From the NCBI RefSeq assembly GCF_009914755.1, contig NC_060948.1: a stretch of DNA of 64,000 bases, one strand, 5' to 3'. Under the pieces are notes generated by a model. That model saw nothing but the letters and a program-made list of their open reading frames with translations, had not been told where the DNA came from and made no database searches. Positions 35,501 through 48,073 of this stretch are shown here, piece after piece. The stretch is from the human T2T-CHM13v2.0 reference genome, Homo sapiens. Both the position numbers and the translations under genes were made by a program. Positions within the stretch are counted from its first letter, which is position 1, and each line of letters opens with the position of its first letter.

Positions 35501-38500
35501 GAGCAGGGATTGAGCAAAAACATCGCATCACCTAGAGGTTGGCCCAGGTAGATTTCACAATAACATATTGATCTGGAACAAGTCTGAAGAGTCAAATCAC
35601 ACAAGTGCTTGGCCAGCAAGCACAAGATTTATATCACAGACACAGTGGCAGAAAATTACCAGGATGAGATTTAAAATACCACACATGTCCTATTTTCATG
35701 AGTGACATTTGACTTCAGATATGTGAGACAGTGACAGTCCTTACTGTCAGCTGGGTGTGCATATGAGACTCACACTTTCACCTTCCTACTGGGTTCCATT
35801 ATATATACACTCTCAGTACAAGCCAAGGGCTGTTAAAGTCTTCTTTGTCCTTTTTTAAAAGAAAGTGATTTATTCACTCCTGTTTCTGAACGAAGTTATG
35901 AAACTTAAAATTACTCCAATTTCTGGGGTCCACATATGAGGGTTATTATCATGCCTGTGAGTTGTGCCTAGGTATGTGTAACAATTTAATCAGTGGCAAT
36001 GAAATAGGCACAACAGTCAAGTACAACAAATGCTGAGCCAGAAATATTCCAATATTCTCCTTGTTGGCAAGTTTCTGTCAGCAAAGTTGCATAACTTGGG
36101 AGTTACACCCAGATGTATGGCACAATGCCCCTTGTTGGCAGTGTCCAGACACAAAAAGAGACTCATATCACTTAAATGCTAGGCCCAGAGATATGACACA
36201 ATGTCGCATGTTGAAAGGACCAGGCAAAAGAGTCAGATCACTTGGATGCAGTGCTTAGAAATGGTACAATCCCCATTGGAAGCAGTATCCAGGCAGGAAA
36301 GGAGAATTAGATAACTAGATGATGGGTCCAGAGCCATGTTACAATCCTTCTTGAGGATACCGTAAATATAGGAGAGTCAAATCACCAAGGTGCTCAGCCA
36401 AGGTATATATCCAAATCTAATTTGTGGGCCACACGTAGGCAGGATTATTTAGTCTCTTGGGAACTGGGAAATAGTTTATGTCACAATGACACAGGTGGAA
36501 AGTTTCAGGAATGAGAATCACCCTCTTGTATATGACCTGGCTTAAGGTTTAAGAGTCATGATTAGTACTCTTATTTGGCCTCAGGTATATGGCACAGTAT
36601 CATCTGTGGGCAGAGAGCAAGCAAAAATATCGCATCACCTGGATGGGTGCTGATCCAGTGAGATGTCACAATCTTTCTTGTGTCCAGGACTCTGGAAGAA
36701 GAGTCACTTCACCTGGCTACTGGTTTTAGTGATATATCAAAATTCCTTGTGTGAGCAGGCCTTAAGAAGTTGAGGAGACTTATTTCACCTAGGCAATTGG
36801 CTATATATATGTGTCTCAATGGCTGCTGGTGCAAAACCAAGGTATGAAACTGACCTCACTTTGGTGCTGGGTTTATTAATATGTCACAATCTCCCCTGCT
36901 GTCAGGGTGAGGCAAGAGAGGAGAAACATGACCTATGTGCTGAGCCAAGTGATACTTTACAAAGCTTCCTGTTGACAGAACCCAAAATGGAGAGTCACAT
37001 CACCTGGGTACAGTACCCAGTTTTGTGTCACAATGCACCATAAGTGGAGGGCCAAGGAAGTAGAAGTGACATCACTTACATGATAGACCTAGATATGAGC
37101 CACAATGCCTTTTATAGGCAGAGATAAGGCAAATAATTTACCTCACCTGGGTGCTGGTCCCAGTGATAAGTAAATGTGCAATTTGTAGGCAGGTCCAGGC
37201 ACCTTTGCTTAGTTGTATGTTCCACATATGTCACAAGTTCATCCGTCCTCATGGCCAAAAAAGGAGAGTTAAATTATTCAGGAGTGGGGATAACTTTTAT
37301 GTCCTAATCACACACTAGGAAATATTCAGAAATACATTTCCCAGTCCCACACAAGTCTTGGCTTTGCGTGTGTGAGTCAACACATCCAGTGGCTTGGATC
37401 AAAACAGAGGAGTCACAATCTCAACAATGCACAAGATCCATGTATAAGATGCCAATTCCACTTGAAGATTGTGTTCTAAGAGGAGAGTCACAGCTTCACA
37501 GGTCTGCTGATTCATGCATCACAAAAGGATCCTTGGGTCAGATTTATTTATGAGAGAAAAAATTTCAAACTTCGACTGCTTTTTTTCATGAGATCTAGTA
37601 CGTTATTTGTAGGCCCTATTCTTGTGAGAGAATGACAATCAGGTCATCTGGGTGTGCATCCAATAGTGACAATAGCATCTGATTGTTGTTCCCTGTTATG
37701 ACACTCTTTGTACCACTCACGCTTTACATGATATGCCTGAGTGTCATAATCCTCTGTGAAATGTACACAATTAGGAGACTGATTACTTTACTTATGGCCA
37801 TAAGACTGGCTATGAGAATCAAAATGTCTCCCTTTCTGGGTCGAGGTATGATAGTTATATTTGTGCATGGTAGCTGAATGCAGCTATATGTCACAATTTC
37901 ACCTGTGGGCAGAAATATCACAGGAGAGTCTCAACACATGGATGCCAAGCTCAGGAAACATTATAATCTCCTTTGCAAGCAGGGCCAAGTCAGAAAAGTC
38001 ACATCACCTGGGTACAGCCACAAGTAATATGGTCCCATGTCCACTGTAGACAGGGTTGAAGAAAAAGAGGATAGTAACACCATCTTGGTGCTGGGCTCAG
38101 CAATATGTAACAATCCCCTGTTTTGGCCAACTTCAGAATACAGAGAAGAGTTGCACTGCCTAGGTTTTCCACTCATCGGTATGTCACAATTCCTTTAGTG
38201 GGTAGGACGTAGGCAGGAGAGAAGAGTGACATTTCCTAGATGTTACCCCGATGATGTCACAATGTTCCCTGGGGGCAAATCAGAGGCAAAATAGAAAAAT
38301 CACCTATCAGATAGGCTCAGAGATATGTGATATTATCCCTACTTGGCAGGACCCCAGCAGAAGAGTCACATTATTATGATTCTGTCCCAATGATATGTCA
38401 CAATGCACACATGGAAAACAATTGGAGCCAAAGTTTTAACACCTGGGTACTAGGCCTAATGATATGACAAAATCTCCTCATATTTTAGGGTGACACCTTG

Positions 38501-41500
38501 AACAGTGATCTTGGTGTGTATATGAGTCACATTGTCATGTGTGTGCTGCATCATTTTATGATGCCCTCTACAACATCGGAGGGCCTTACATAGTATGCAT
38601 GAGAGTTGCAAACTACACTGAGGCCCACACACTCATATAGACTCTCAAACTTATATAGTGCCTTAAACTCAGGTGTGATAGTCAACATCTCTCATTTAGG
38701 CTGAGCTCAGGAATGAGACTTATTTTTATGCTTTGAGCTGGCTCTGAAAATGAGACACGATCGAACCTGTGGCCAGATCCACAAATAAGAGTCACAATTC
38801 CATATTTGAAGTGTTTTTACCTGTTGAACTCAGTTCCTCAACAATGGGCTTTGTAAAAGTGGGATGGTGACAACTTTTACTTTCACCTGGGTGTCTAATT
38901 GAGAGTTACAATCTTAACTTTTTGCTAGGCCTTGTTATGAAACTCTCTGTACCACCAAAGGAGTTTGTACAATACTAATTAGTGTTGTAAACTACTCTGA
39001 GTTTGGTACAAATATGCAAACCAGGATTTTACCTATTGCTCTAAGCCTTGTGATTAGAGGCAAAATATCTTCTATTGGTTGAATCCCAATATAAGTTTGA
39101 CCATCATGCCTGCGAAGTGGAGCAAAGTATATGTCATAATCTCATTTGTGGACAAAAAAATTAGGAAAAATAATAACATCACTTAGGTTATGTGGTAAGC
39201 AACTTGTCACAATGCCTTCCCTAGGAAGAATATAGGGGGAGGGTCATATTAACTGGGAGCTGGGCCCAACAATATTACACAATTTTTCTTGAGAAAAAGA
39301 TTAACCAAGGGATGAGAGCCAAAACACCTAGAGAATAAGCTGAAGACCTGTAAAAATTGTGTCTGTGGCTCTGGAACCAGCAGGACAGTAGCATCATCAG
39401 GGTTCTGGGGCCACCATTCTGCAATAATTCTCATTTTATTCAGGACAGTAGCAGAAGAGTAACATCACCTGAGTGCAATAGGTCAAAATTGCTCTTTGTG
39501 TGCATGGTTCAGAATAAAGAGTAGAATCATATGACCTAAATGCTGGTCTCAGCAATATGTTCACAACCACCACCACCCCCACCATTTTGAAGGGTGACAG
39601 GAGAAGAGAGTCATATCACTTAGGTCATGGGGTCAGAGATAGGTCCCAAAGTCCTCAGTAGGCAGAACTAAGAAAGAAAAGGAGAGTAGTATCTCCTATG
39701 TGCTTCTTTATGTATAAGTCACAATCTAACACATGGGCAGAAACCAGGCAGAAGAGCCACATTACCTAGGTGCTGGGTGCTAAGATGTGTCACAGGTCCC
39801 CCTTAGAAGAGAAACAAAGTGAAAGAGTTACATCACCTTGGTGCAGGTTTCACTTTCGTATCACAATGCTCTCTGTGGGTGAGGCCCAAACATTGAGTCA
39901 TATCAACTAGGTGATAGGGCCAGAGATATGTCACAATGTCCTTTTTGAAGCATAGCCCTGGGGAAAGAGTACCATCATCTGTGTGCCTGGCCTAGAAATA
40001 TGTCACTCTCCAGGTTGGCAGGGACCAAGTAGAAGAGCGGCATAACCTAAGTGATACTACCAGAGATATGTCACAATACCCTCCTTTGGGCATGGCTCTG
40101 GCAAAAAAATATCCCCACCTGTGTGCCTGGCTTTGCAATATGTCACTATCCTTCCTTTGTGCAAGACCTATACCAGAAAGGAGAGTTACATCACCCAATG
40201 TGGTTGACCTAAAAGCTAAACCCAAAAATATGTCAAAATTCCTCTTGTTGAGAAGGTTCAGAAGAGAGTGTCATGTCATTTGGATGCAATGTTTAGAAAT
40301 GCTACAATTACTAAAGTAAGCTGGGTACATGCCAAAAAGGAGAGTCATATACCCCAGATAATGGGTCCAGAAATATGTGGCTAGTCCCCCTGAAAACATT
40401 GGTAAGGTAGCACCGTCAAATCACCAATGTCCGTGACCCAAGTTTTGTCAAAATCTCATTTGTGGGACGTACCTAGGTGGAAGTGTTAAATTTCACAGGC
40501 ACTAGACAAAGGTGTACATACAATTACACTTGTGGAAAGGTTTGAAAATAAGGCTCACCATCCTATACATGTCCTGGCTCCAGACATATGAGTTTTTATT
40601 AGTCTTTTATTATGGTCTCAGGTATATGACACCATATCTCCTGTAGTAAGAGAGAAGGCAAGAAAGTCACACCACCTATGTGGGTGCAGTTCCAGTGAGA
40701 TGTGACAATCCACCTGGTGGTCAGGACCCTGGAAGAAGAGTCACATCACCTGGAAGTTCCTTTTAGTGACATATGAAAAACCCGCCTGTGAGGGTTTTAA
40801 ACTCAGAACCTCAACAGTGGGTTTTCTAAATGTGGGATGGTTGCAACTTCTAATTTCACCCGGGGGTGTAGTAGAGACTTCCAATCTGAACTTTTTGCTG
40901 GCTCATGTTATGAAAATTTCTACCACAAAAGAGTTTATACAATGTAATTTAGTGGTGTAAGCTTCCTTGAGCTTGGTATAAACATGCAACCCAGGACCTT
41001 ACCTATTTCCACAAGCCTAACAATGAAAGGCAAAATATTTTCTATTGGCTGAATCCCAATATAAGTTTGATCATCATGGCTGTGAACTGAAGCAGTTATA
41101 TATTATAATTACATACGTGTGAAAAACACTAGGCAGGAGGGTAATGACATTTTGATGCTGTGCCAGGAAATACTTCACAATGTCTTCTCTAGGCAGGGTA
41201 TAGGAAATTGAGTCACATTAGCTGAATGCTGGACCCAGCAATATGATACAATCCTGCATATGGGAAAAGACTCAGCCAAGTTATGAGAGCCAAAATACCA
41301 GCACAGTATGCCCAAGATACATCAACATATCTTAGTAGCTCCAGCACAAGCAGGAAAGTCACATCATAAGGGTACTGGGACCAGCAATATGTAATATATC
41401 ATAATTAGCTCTTTATGCAGATTCCAGGTAGATGGTTAACATCATCTGGGTGCTGGGCAATGCAATAAGTCAAACTTTCTTTCCTGTGGGCATGGTTTGG

Positions 41501-44500
41501 GTAAAAGGAGAGAGTCACATATCCTAAGTACTGGGCTCAGCCATGTGCCAAAATCCTCCTATTGTGAATGATCGGGCAGAAAAGGAGAGTCACATCACTT
41601 AGGTCATGGGTTCAGAGATATGTCCTAATGTCCCCAGTAGGCAGGGCTCATGTAGAAGAGGAGAGGCCCATCACCTACGTGCTTCCCTAGGAATATGTCA
41701 CTTTGTGACTTGTGGGCAAAAACCAGGCAGAATAGCCACATCACTTGGGTGGTGGGTCCCGAGATACATCAAAGGCTCTCTTAATGCAGCACCCAGCCAA
41801 GAGAGAAACATCATACTAGGTGTATGTTTTCTGATTATACCACAATGCTCCATACGTGTAGGGCTCAAGGAGGGGATCATTTCACCTAGGTGATAGGCCC
41901 AGAGATAGGTCACCATGTCCACTATGAGGCAGAGCCCTGGCAAAAGAATACCATCACCTGTGTGCCTTGCCTAGAAATATGTAACTCTCAAGTTTGGAAG
42001 GGCCCAAGCAGTAAAGCCACATAACCTAGATGATAGGCCCAGAGATATGTCACAATGCCCTCCTTTGGGGATCCTCTGCAAAGGAATATCCTTGCCTGTG
42101 TGCCTGTTCTTGCAGTGTGTCACTATCCTTCTGTTGTACAGTGCCCATTTCAGAGAGAAGACTTACATCAACTATGAAGTGCACAGAGAAATATGTCACA
42201 ATAATTTTAGTGAGCCTGGCACAGGCAACTATGTAACATCACCAGGGTGCTAGATCCAGTGATATCTCACAATCTTTACTGAGAGATATGACCAGGTAGG
42301 AGAGTCATATCACCTCGATGTTGGCCTCGGTAGGAATCATAATCCCATATATGGGCTGGAACAAGTCTGGTGAGTCAAATTACACAAGTGCTTGGCAAAC
42401 ATTTATATCACAATCACACTGTCATAAAATTCCAAAGATGAGATTTACAATACCACACATGTCCTGTTTTCATGTGTGACAGTTGCCTTCATCCATGTGA
42501 GATGATAACAGTCCTTACCTTCAGCTGGGTGGGTATACAAGACTCAAAATTTCACCTGGGTGCTTAGCTCCAATTTGACTCTGACTGTATAGTCCAAAGA
42601 CTTTGTAAAATGTATGTGAGTGTTGTAATATTTTGTGACCTTTGTACAAGGAGGAGATCCAGGACATCAAACGTGTCCCTAAACTTAGTTATAAGGGTGA
42701 AAATATTCTCTATTTTCTGAGTCCACATATGAGAGTCATTATCATGCCTGTGAGCCATGCCTAGGTATATGTTACAATTCCCTCTGTGGTTATGAAGCAG
42801 GCAGAACAACCACATCACCTAAATGCTGGGCTAGAATTATTTCAAAAATTTTTTTTGTATTCTGTGCCCTATCAGAAATCTCACAAAACTTGTGTGATAG
42901 ATCCAGCTGTGTGGCACAATGTGCCTTGTGGGCAGTGTCCAGGCAGGAGAGGAGAGTAATATCACCTAAATGATGGGCACAAAAATATGTCAAAATGCCT
43001 ATTGTTGACAGGGCCCAGGCAAGGGGTCATATCATTTGGATGCAGTGTTTAGAAGAGCTACAATTACCAAAGGAAGCAGGGTACAGGCAAAAGAGGAGAG
43101 TCATGTAGATGAAGCATCCAAGAATCAGTTACAATCTCCCCTGAGGACATTTCTAAGGTACCTCAGTCAAACTACCAAAGTGCTTGGCCAATGTGTTTGT
43201 CAAAATCCCATTTATGGGCTATACTTTGGCAGAATTATTAAATAAGTCAGTAGTTGGGCAAAGGTATATGTCACAATTACACCTGTGGAAAGGCTTAATA
43301 GTAACAGCCACCATCCTGCACAAGTCCTAGGCTCCAGGCATATTAATTGTTATTAGGTTTCTGTTATAATCATTGCTTTATGGCACAATACCACTTGTGG
43401 CAAGAGAAAAAAAAAAAGCAAGCTTCATCACCTACGTGGGTGCAGTTCCAGTGAGATGTCACAATCCACCTTGTGGGAAGGACCTGGTGGAAGAGTCACA
43501 TCACCTGGATGCTAATTTCACGGACATATCAAAACCCCCTCTCTTGGCAGGACTTTGGTAAGAGAGGAGCCTCACTTCACCAAGGCCATTGGCCTAGATA
43601 TATGTCACAATGTCTGTTCAGTGCAGTACAGAAGCCAGAGAGTGGCCTCACATTAGTGCTGGGCCCAGCTTTATGTCACAATCTCCCTGTGGTCAAGGTA
43701 CAGGCAAAAGCCAAGAAACACCACCTAGGTTCTGATCCAAGTGACATGTTACAATGCTTCCTGTTAGCAGAACCCAAAAAGAAGAATTACATCAACTGGG
43801 TACAGTACATGGTTATGTGTCACAATGCACTGTAAGTGAAGGGCCAAAACAGTAGCAGGGAGCCACAACACTTATGTGATGGATCTAGATATAAAACACA
43901 ATTTTTTTGTAGGTAGTTTTATGAGTTTTATGCAGATAATGCACATCACCTGGGTGATGGTCCCAATGATATATAACAGTTCCCATTGTAGGCAGAGCCA
44001 TGAAACAAGGGATCTATTGCTTAGTCGCTTGTTCCACATATGGCCCAATTTCTTCCATGGTCTGGGCCTAGAAAAGAGTCATATTAGTCATGTGTTGGGA
44101 AAGTTATCTTGTTCCAATCACACTATCAGAAAGGTTCAGAAATAAATTTCACATCCCACACAAGTCCTGGTTTTGTTTATGTGAGTCAACTGTTCCTATG
44201 CATTGGGTTGAAGTAGAAGAGTCACAGTCTCAGCCTGGAACCAGATCCATGTATAAGATCCCCAATCCCACTTGAACACTGTGTTCCAGCAGGGGAGTCA
44301 GAGCACCACAGTGTGCTGAATCATGGTTCAAATGTTACAAAACCACCAGTGAATCAGATTCCTGAATTAGAGTAATTATTTCAACCTTCAACTGCTTTTT
44401 ATGTGTGAGATTTAGTGCCTCATTCCTAGGCCCTGTTCTGTGTGAGAATGACAATCATGCCAGCTAGATGTGCATACAAGAGTCCCATCTGCCCCTTGTT

Positions 44501-44724
44501 TCTGTTCTCTGTTTGACACTTTTTGTCATTAAGACTTCATATGATATATCTGAGTGTTATAATCCTTCATGAAGTTTATAAAAGTGAAAAATCCAGGACT
44601 TTACCCATGGCTCTGAGAGTCAAAATATTTCTACTGTGTGAGTCCAAGTATGAGGGTTATTATTTTGTGCACGTGTGCTTAACTAAGATATATGTTAAAA
44701 TTTCACCTGAGAGCAGGGAAAAGG

Positions 44725-45692
44725 TGTAGGGGTGGGTTGCCCCTACACACCTGTGGGTGTTTCTCGTAAGGTGGGACGAGAGATTTGGAAAAGAAAAAGA
44801 CACAGAGACAAAGTATAGAGAAAGAAATAAGGGGACCCGGGGAACCAGCGTTCAGCATATGGAGGATCCCGCCAGCCTCTGAGTTCCCTTAGTATTTATT
44901 GATCATCTGTGGGTGTTTCTCAAAGAGGGGGATGTGTCAGGGTCACAAGACAATTGTGGGGAGAGGGTCAGCAGACAAACACGTGAACAAAGGTCTTGGC
45001 ATCATAGACAATGTAAAGGATTAAGTGCTGTGCTTTTAGATATGCATACACATAAACATCTCAGTGCTTTACAAAGCAGTATTGCTGCCCGCAGGTCCCA
45101 CCTCCAGCCCTAAGGCGGTTTTTCCCTATCTCAGTAGATGGAGCATACAATCGGGTTTTATACCGAGACATTCCATTGCCCAGGGACAGGCAGGAGACAG
45201 ATGCCTTCCTCTTGTCTCAACTGCAAGAGGCATTCCTTCCTCTTTTACTAATCCTCCTCAGCACAGACCCTTTACGGGTGTCGGGCTGGGGGACGGTCAG
45301 GTCTTTCCCTTCCCACGAGGCCATATTTCAGACTATCACATGGGGAGAAACCTTGGACAATACCTGGCTTTCCTAGGCAGAGGTCCCTGCGGCCTTCCGC
45401 AGTTTTTGTGTCCCTGGGTACTTGAGATTAGGGAGTGGTGATGACTCTTAAGGAGCATGCTGCCTTCAAGCATCTGTTTAACAAAGCACATCCTGCACCG
45501 CCCTTAATCCATTCAACTCTGAGTTGACACAGCACATGTTTCAGAGAGCATGGGGTTGGGGGTAAGGTCATAGATTAACAGAATCTCAAGGCAGAAGAAT
45601 TTTTCTTAGTACATAACAAAATGGAGTCTCCTATGTCTACTTCTTTCTACACAGACACAGTAACAATCTGATCTCTCTTGCTTTTCCCCACA
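44725..45692 (-). mobile_element. HERV-K(HML-2) solo LTR, LTR5_Hs
   Basis: 968 bp; reverse complement reads TGTGGGGAAAAGCAAGAGAGATCAG...CCACCCCTACA. Perfect 6-bp TSD aaaagg at 44719-44724 and 45693-45698. TATAAAA at 45156-45162 (-), AATAAA at 44895-44900 (-); CpGs retained. Confidence 0.98.
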
Positions 45693-47940
45693 AAAAGGCA
45701 GGAGAGACATCACCTGGGTGCTGAGCTGCTGATACATTATAATCTCATTAATAGGGTGGGCCTATTTAGAAGAGTCACATCACCTGGATATAGCCTCAAA
45801 TAATATGTCCCCAAGCCCACTATAGAAAGGGAATAAGAAAAAGAGGAGTTACTCCACATAGGTGCTGTGCTCTGCAGTGTGTAATAATCCACTTTCTTGG
45901 CAGGGCCTAGCATATGAAGAAGAGTCACATCACATAGTTTCTGCAATAAGCAGTACATCAAAACTTTTTTGGTGAGCAGGACACAGGCAGGGGAGGAAAT
46001 CACATAACCTAGATGTTAAGCCAAACAATATTTCACAATGTGTTCTGATGGCAGTGCACAGGGAGGGGAGAAAAATCACCTAGCTTATAGGCCCAGAGAT
46101 ATGAGATAATTTGCCCTGTTGGCAGGGCTCAGGCAGAACAGTCACATTATTATAATTCTAACCCAGTGATATGTCACAATGCACCCAACAGAAAAAAAAT
46201 GTAATCCAAAAACTCACAACACCTGGTTACTAGGCCTAGTAATATGCCAAATCTTTTTGTCTTTGATGTTGACACCATTGAATGTGAGCTGGGTTTGTAT
46301 ATGAGAGTCACAATTTTCCATGTTTCCTGGGCTGTTGTATGACACTCTACAACATTTTAAGGGTTTATACAGCACGTGTGAGAGTGGCAAACCACTCTGA
46401 CCCCTACATGGTAGTATAGATTCACGATCTTAACATATTGCCCTAAACCCAAGTTTTATAGTCAACATCTCTTCTGCAGGCTGGGTTAAGGAATGAGATC
46501 CATTGTCATGCCTGTGAGCTAGATGTAAAAATGAGTCGCTATCCCATCTGTGGTCAGATCCACATAGGAAGGTCAAAATTCCAACTTTCTACTGTATTTA
46601 CTTTTTAGACTCAGGACCTTAACAGTGGGCTTTGGCCATGTGGGATGGAAACATTTACTTTCACTTGGGTGCATAACCAAGAATCCCAATCTGAACATTT
46701 TGCTGGTTCTTGTCTTGAAACTCTCTGTACCACCCAAGGAGGTTATACACTATGAGTTAGTGCTGTAAAGCTCTGTGAGCTTCATACAAATATGCAACCC
46801 AGGGCCTTACCCATTGCCCAAAGCCTAGTGATGAGAGGCAAAATATCTCCTATTGGCTGACTCCAATATAAGTCTGATCACCAGGCCTGTGATCTCAACT
46901 AAGGCATATGTTGAGATCAAGGTATATGTCAGAGTCCCATTTGTGGGCAAAATGTATGCAGGAGGGTAACATCTCTTTGGTGCTGTGCCAAGCAACTTGT
47001 CACTATGTCCTCCCTTGCTTGGCAGGGTATAGGAATTAGAGTCATATTAAATTGGTGCTGGACTGAGCAAAACAAAACCATCCTACCTGTGGAAGAAACC
47101 CAGGCAAAAGATATCAGAACACCCACATGATGGGCCCAGGATGTGTCAAAATACCTTCTGTGGCTCCAGGACAGTCATGAGTCATGAGATAATGTCCTGC
47201 TCTCAACAGGAAATTATCAGAGTTTTGGCCCCAGCAATATGCCATACTTCTATCTGTATGCAGGACCCAGGCAAAAGAGAAACATCGCCTGGGTGCTGGA
47301 CCTTGCAATAGGCCAAAAATTCGGGTGGTGGGAATGGTTCCAGAAAATAAGGAGTGACAAATAACCTGACTTCTGACCTCTACGATATGTCACAATCCCT
47401 TCTTGTAAAGACCAGGCAGAAGCTGAAAGTCACTTCACTTCAGTCTTGGGCTCAGAGATACATCCCAGTGTCCTCATTATGAAGGGCCCACAAAGAAAAG
47501 TCATATCAACTAGGTGCTTCCCTAGTTATATGTCACAATCTAACATGTGGGCAGAAACCAGGCAGCAGAGCCACACCACCTGGGTACAGCCTCAAGTAAT
47601 ATGTCACTATGCCCAATGTAGACAGTTTACAGTAAAAAAAGAAAATCACACCACCTGGGTGCTGGGCTCAGCAATATGTAATAATTTCCTTTCTTGGTAG
47701 AGTTCAGGACAAAGAGAACATTAATGTCACCTAGGTTTTGCACTCAGTGGTATGTCACAATTTCTTCAGTGGGCAGGATCTGGCCAGGAGAGCAGAGACA
47801 CATTACCTAGATGCTGTATCTAACAATATGACACAGCTGGATATGGGAAGGCCATTGGCAAGAGAGATATATTACCTAGTCAATAGGCCCAGAGATATGT
47901 GAAAATATCCACTGTTTGCAGTTCCCAGGCAGAAAAGTCA

Positions 47941-48048
47941 CATTATTATGATTCTGAACCATTTCTGAACCATGTAGCATTATGGCTCTGAACCATTTCT
48001 GAACCATGTAACATTATTATGATTCTGAACCATTTCTGAACCGTGTAA
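47941..48048. repeat. Three-copy ~36-bp tandem repeat with an internal tctgaaccat duplication
   Basis: cattattatgattctgaaccatttctgaaccatgtag / cattatggctctgaaccatttctgaaccatgtaa / cattattatgattctgaaccatttctgaaccgtgtaa. Confidence 0.9.
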
Positions 48049-48073
48049 GAATGCCCTTCTGGAAAAGAATTTA

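Noticed and set aside
44913-45441. Plus-strand ORFs of 66-125 aa
   Set aside because: They are antisense to the LTR5_Hs non-coding sequence; no gag, pol or env is present because this is a solo LTR.
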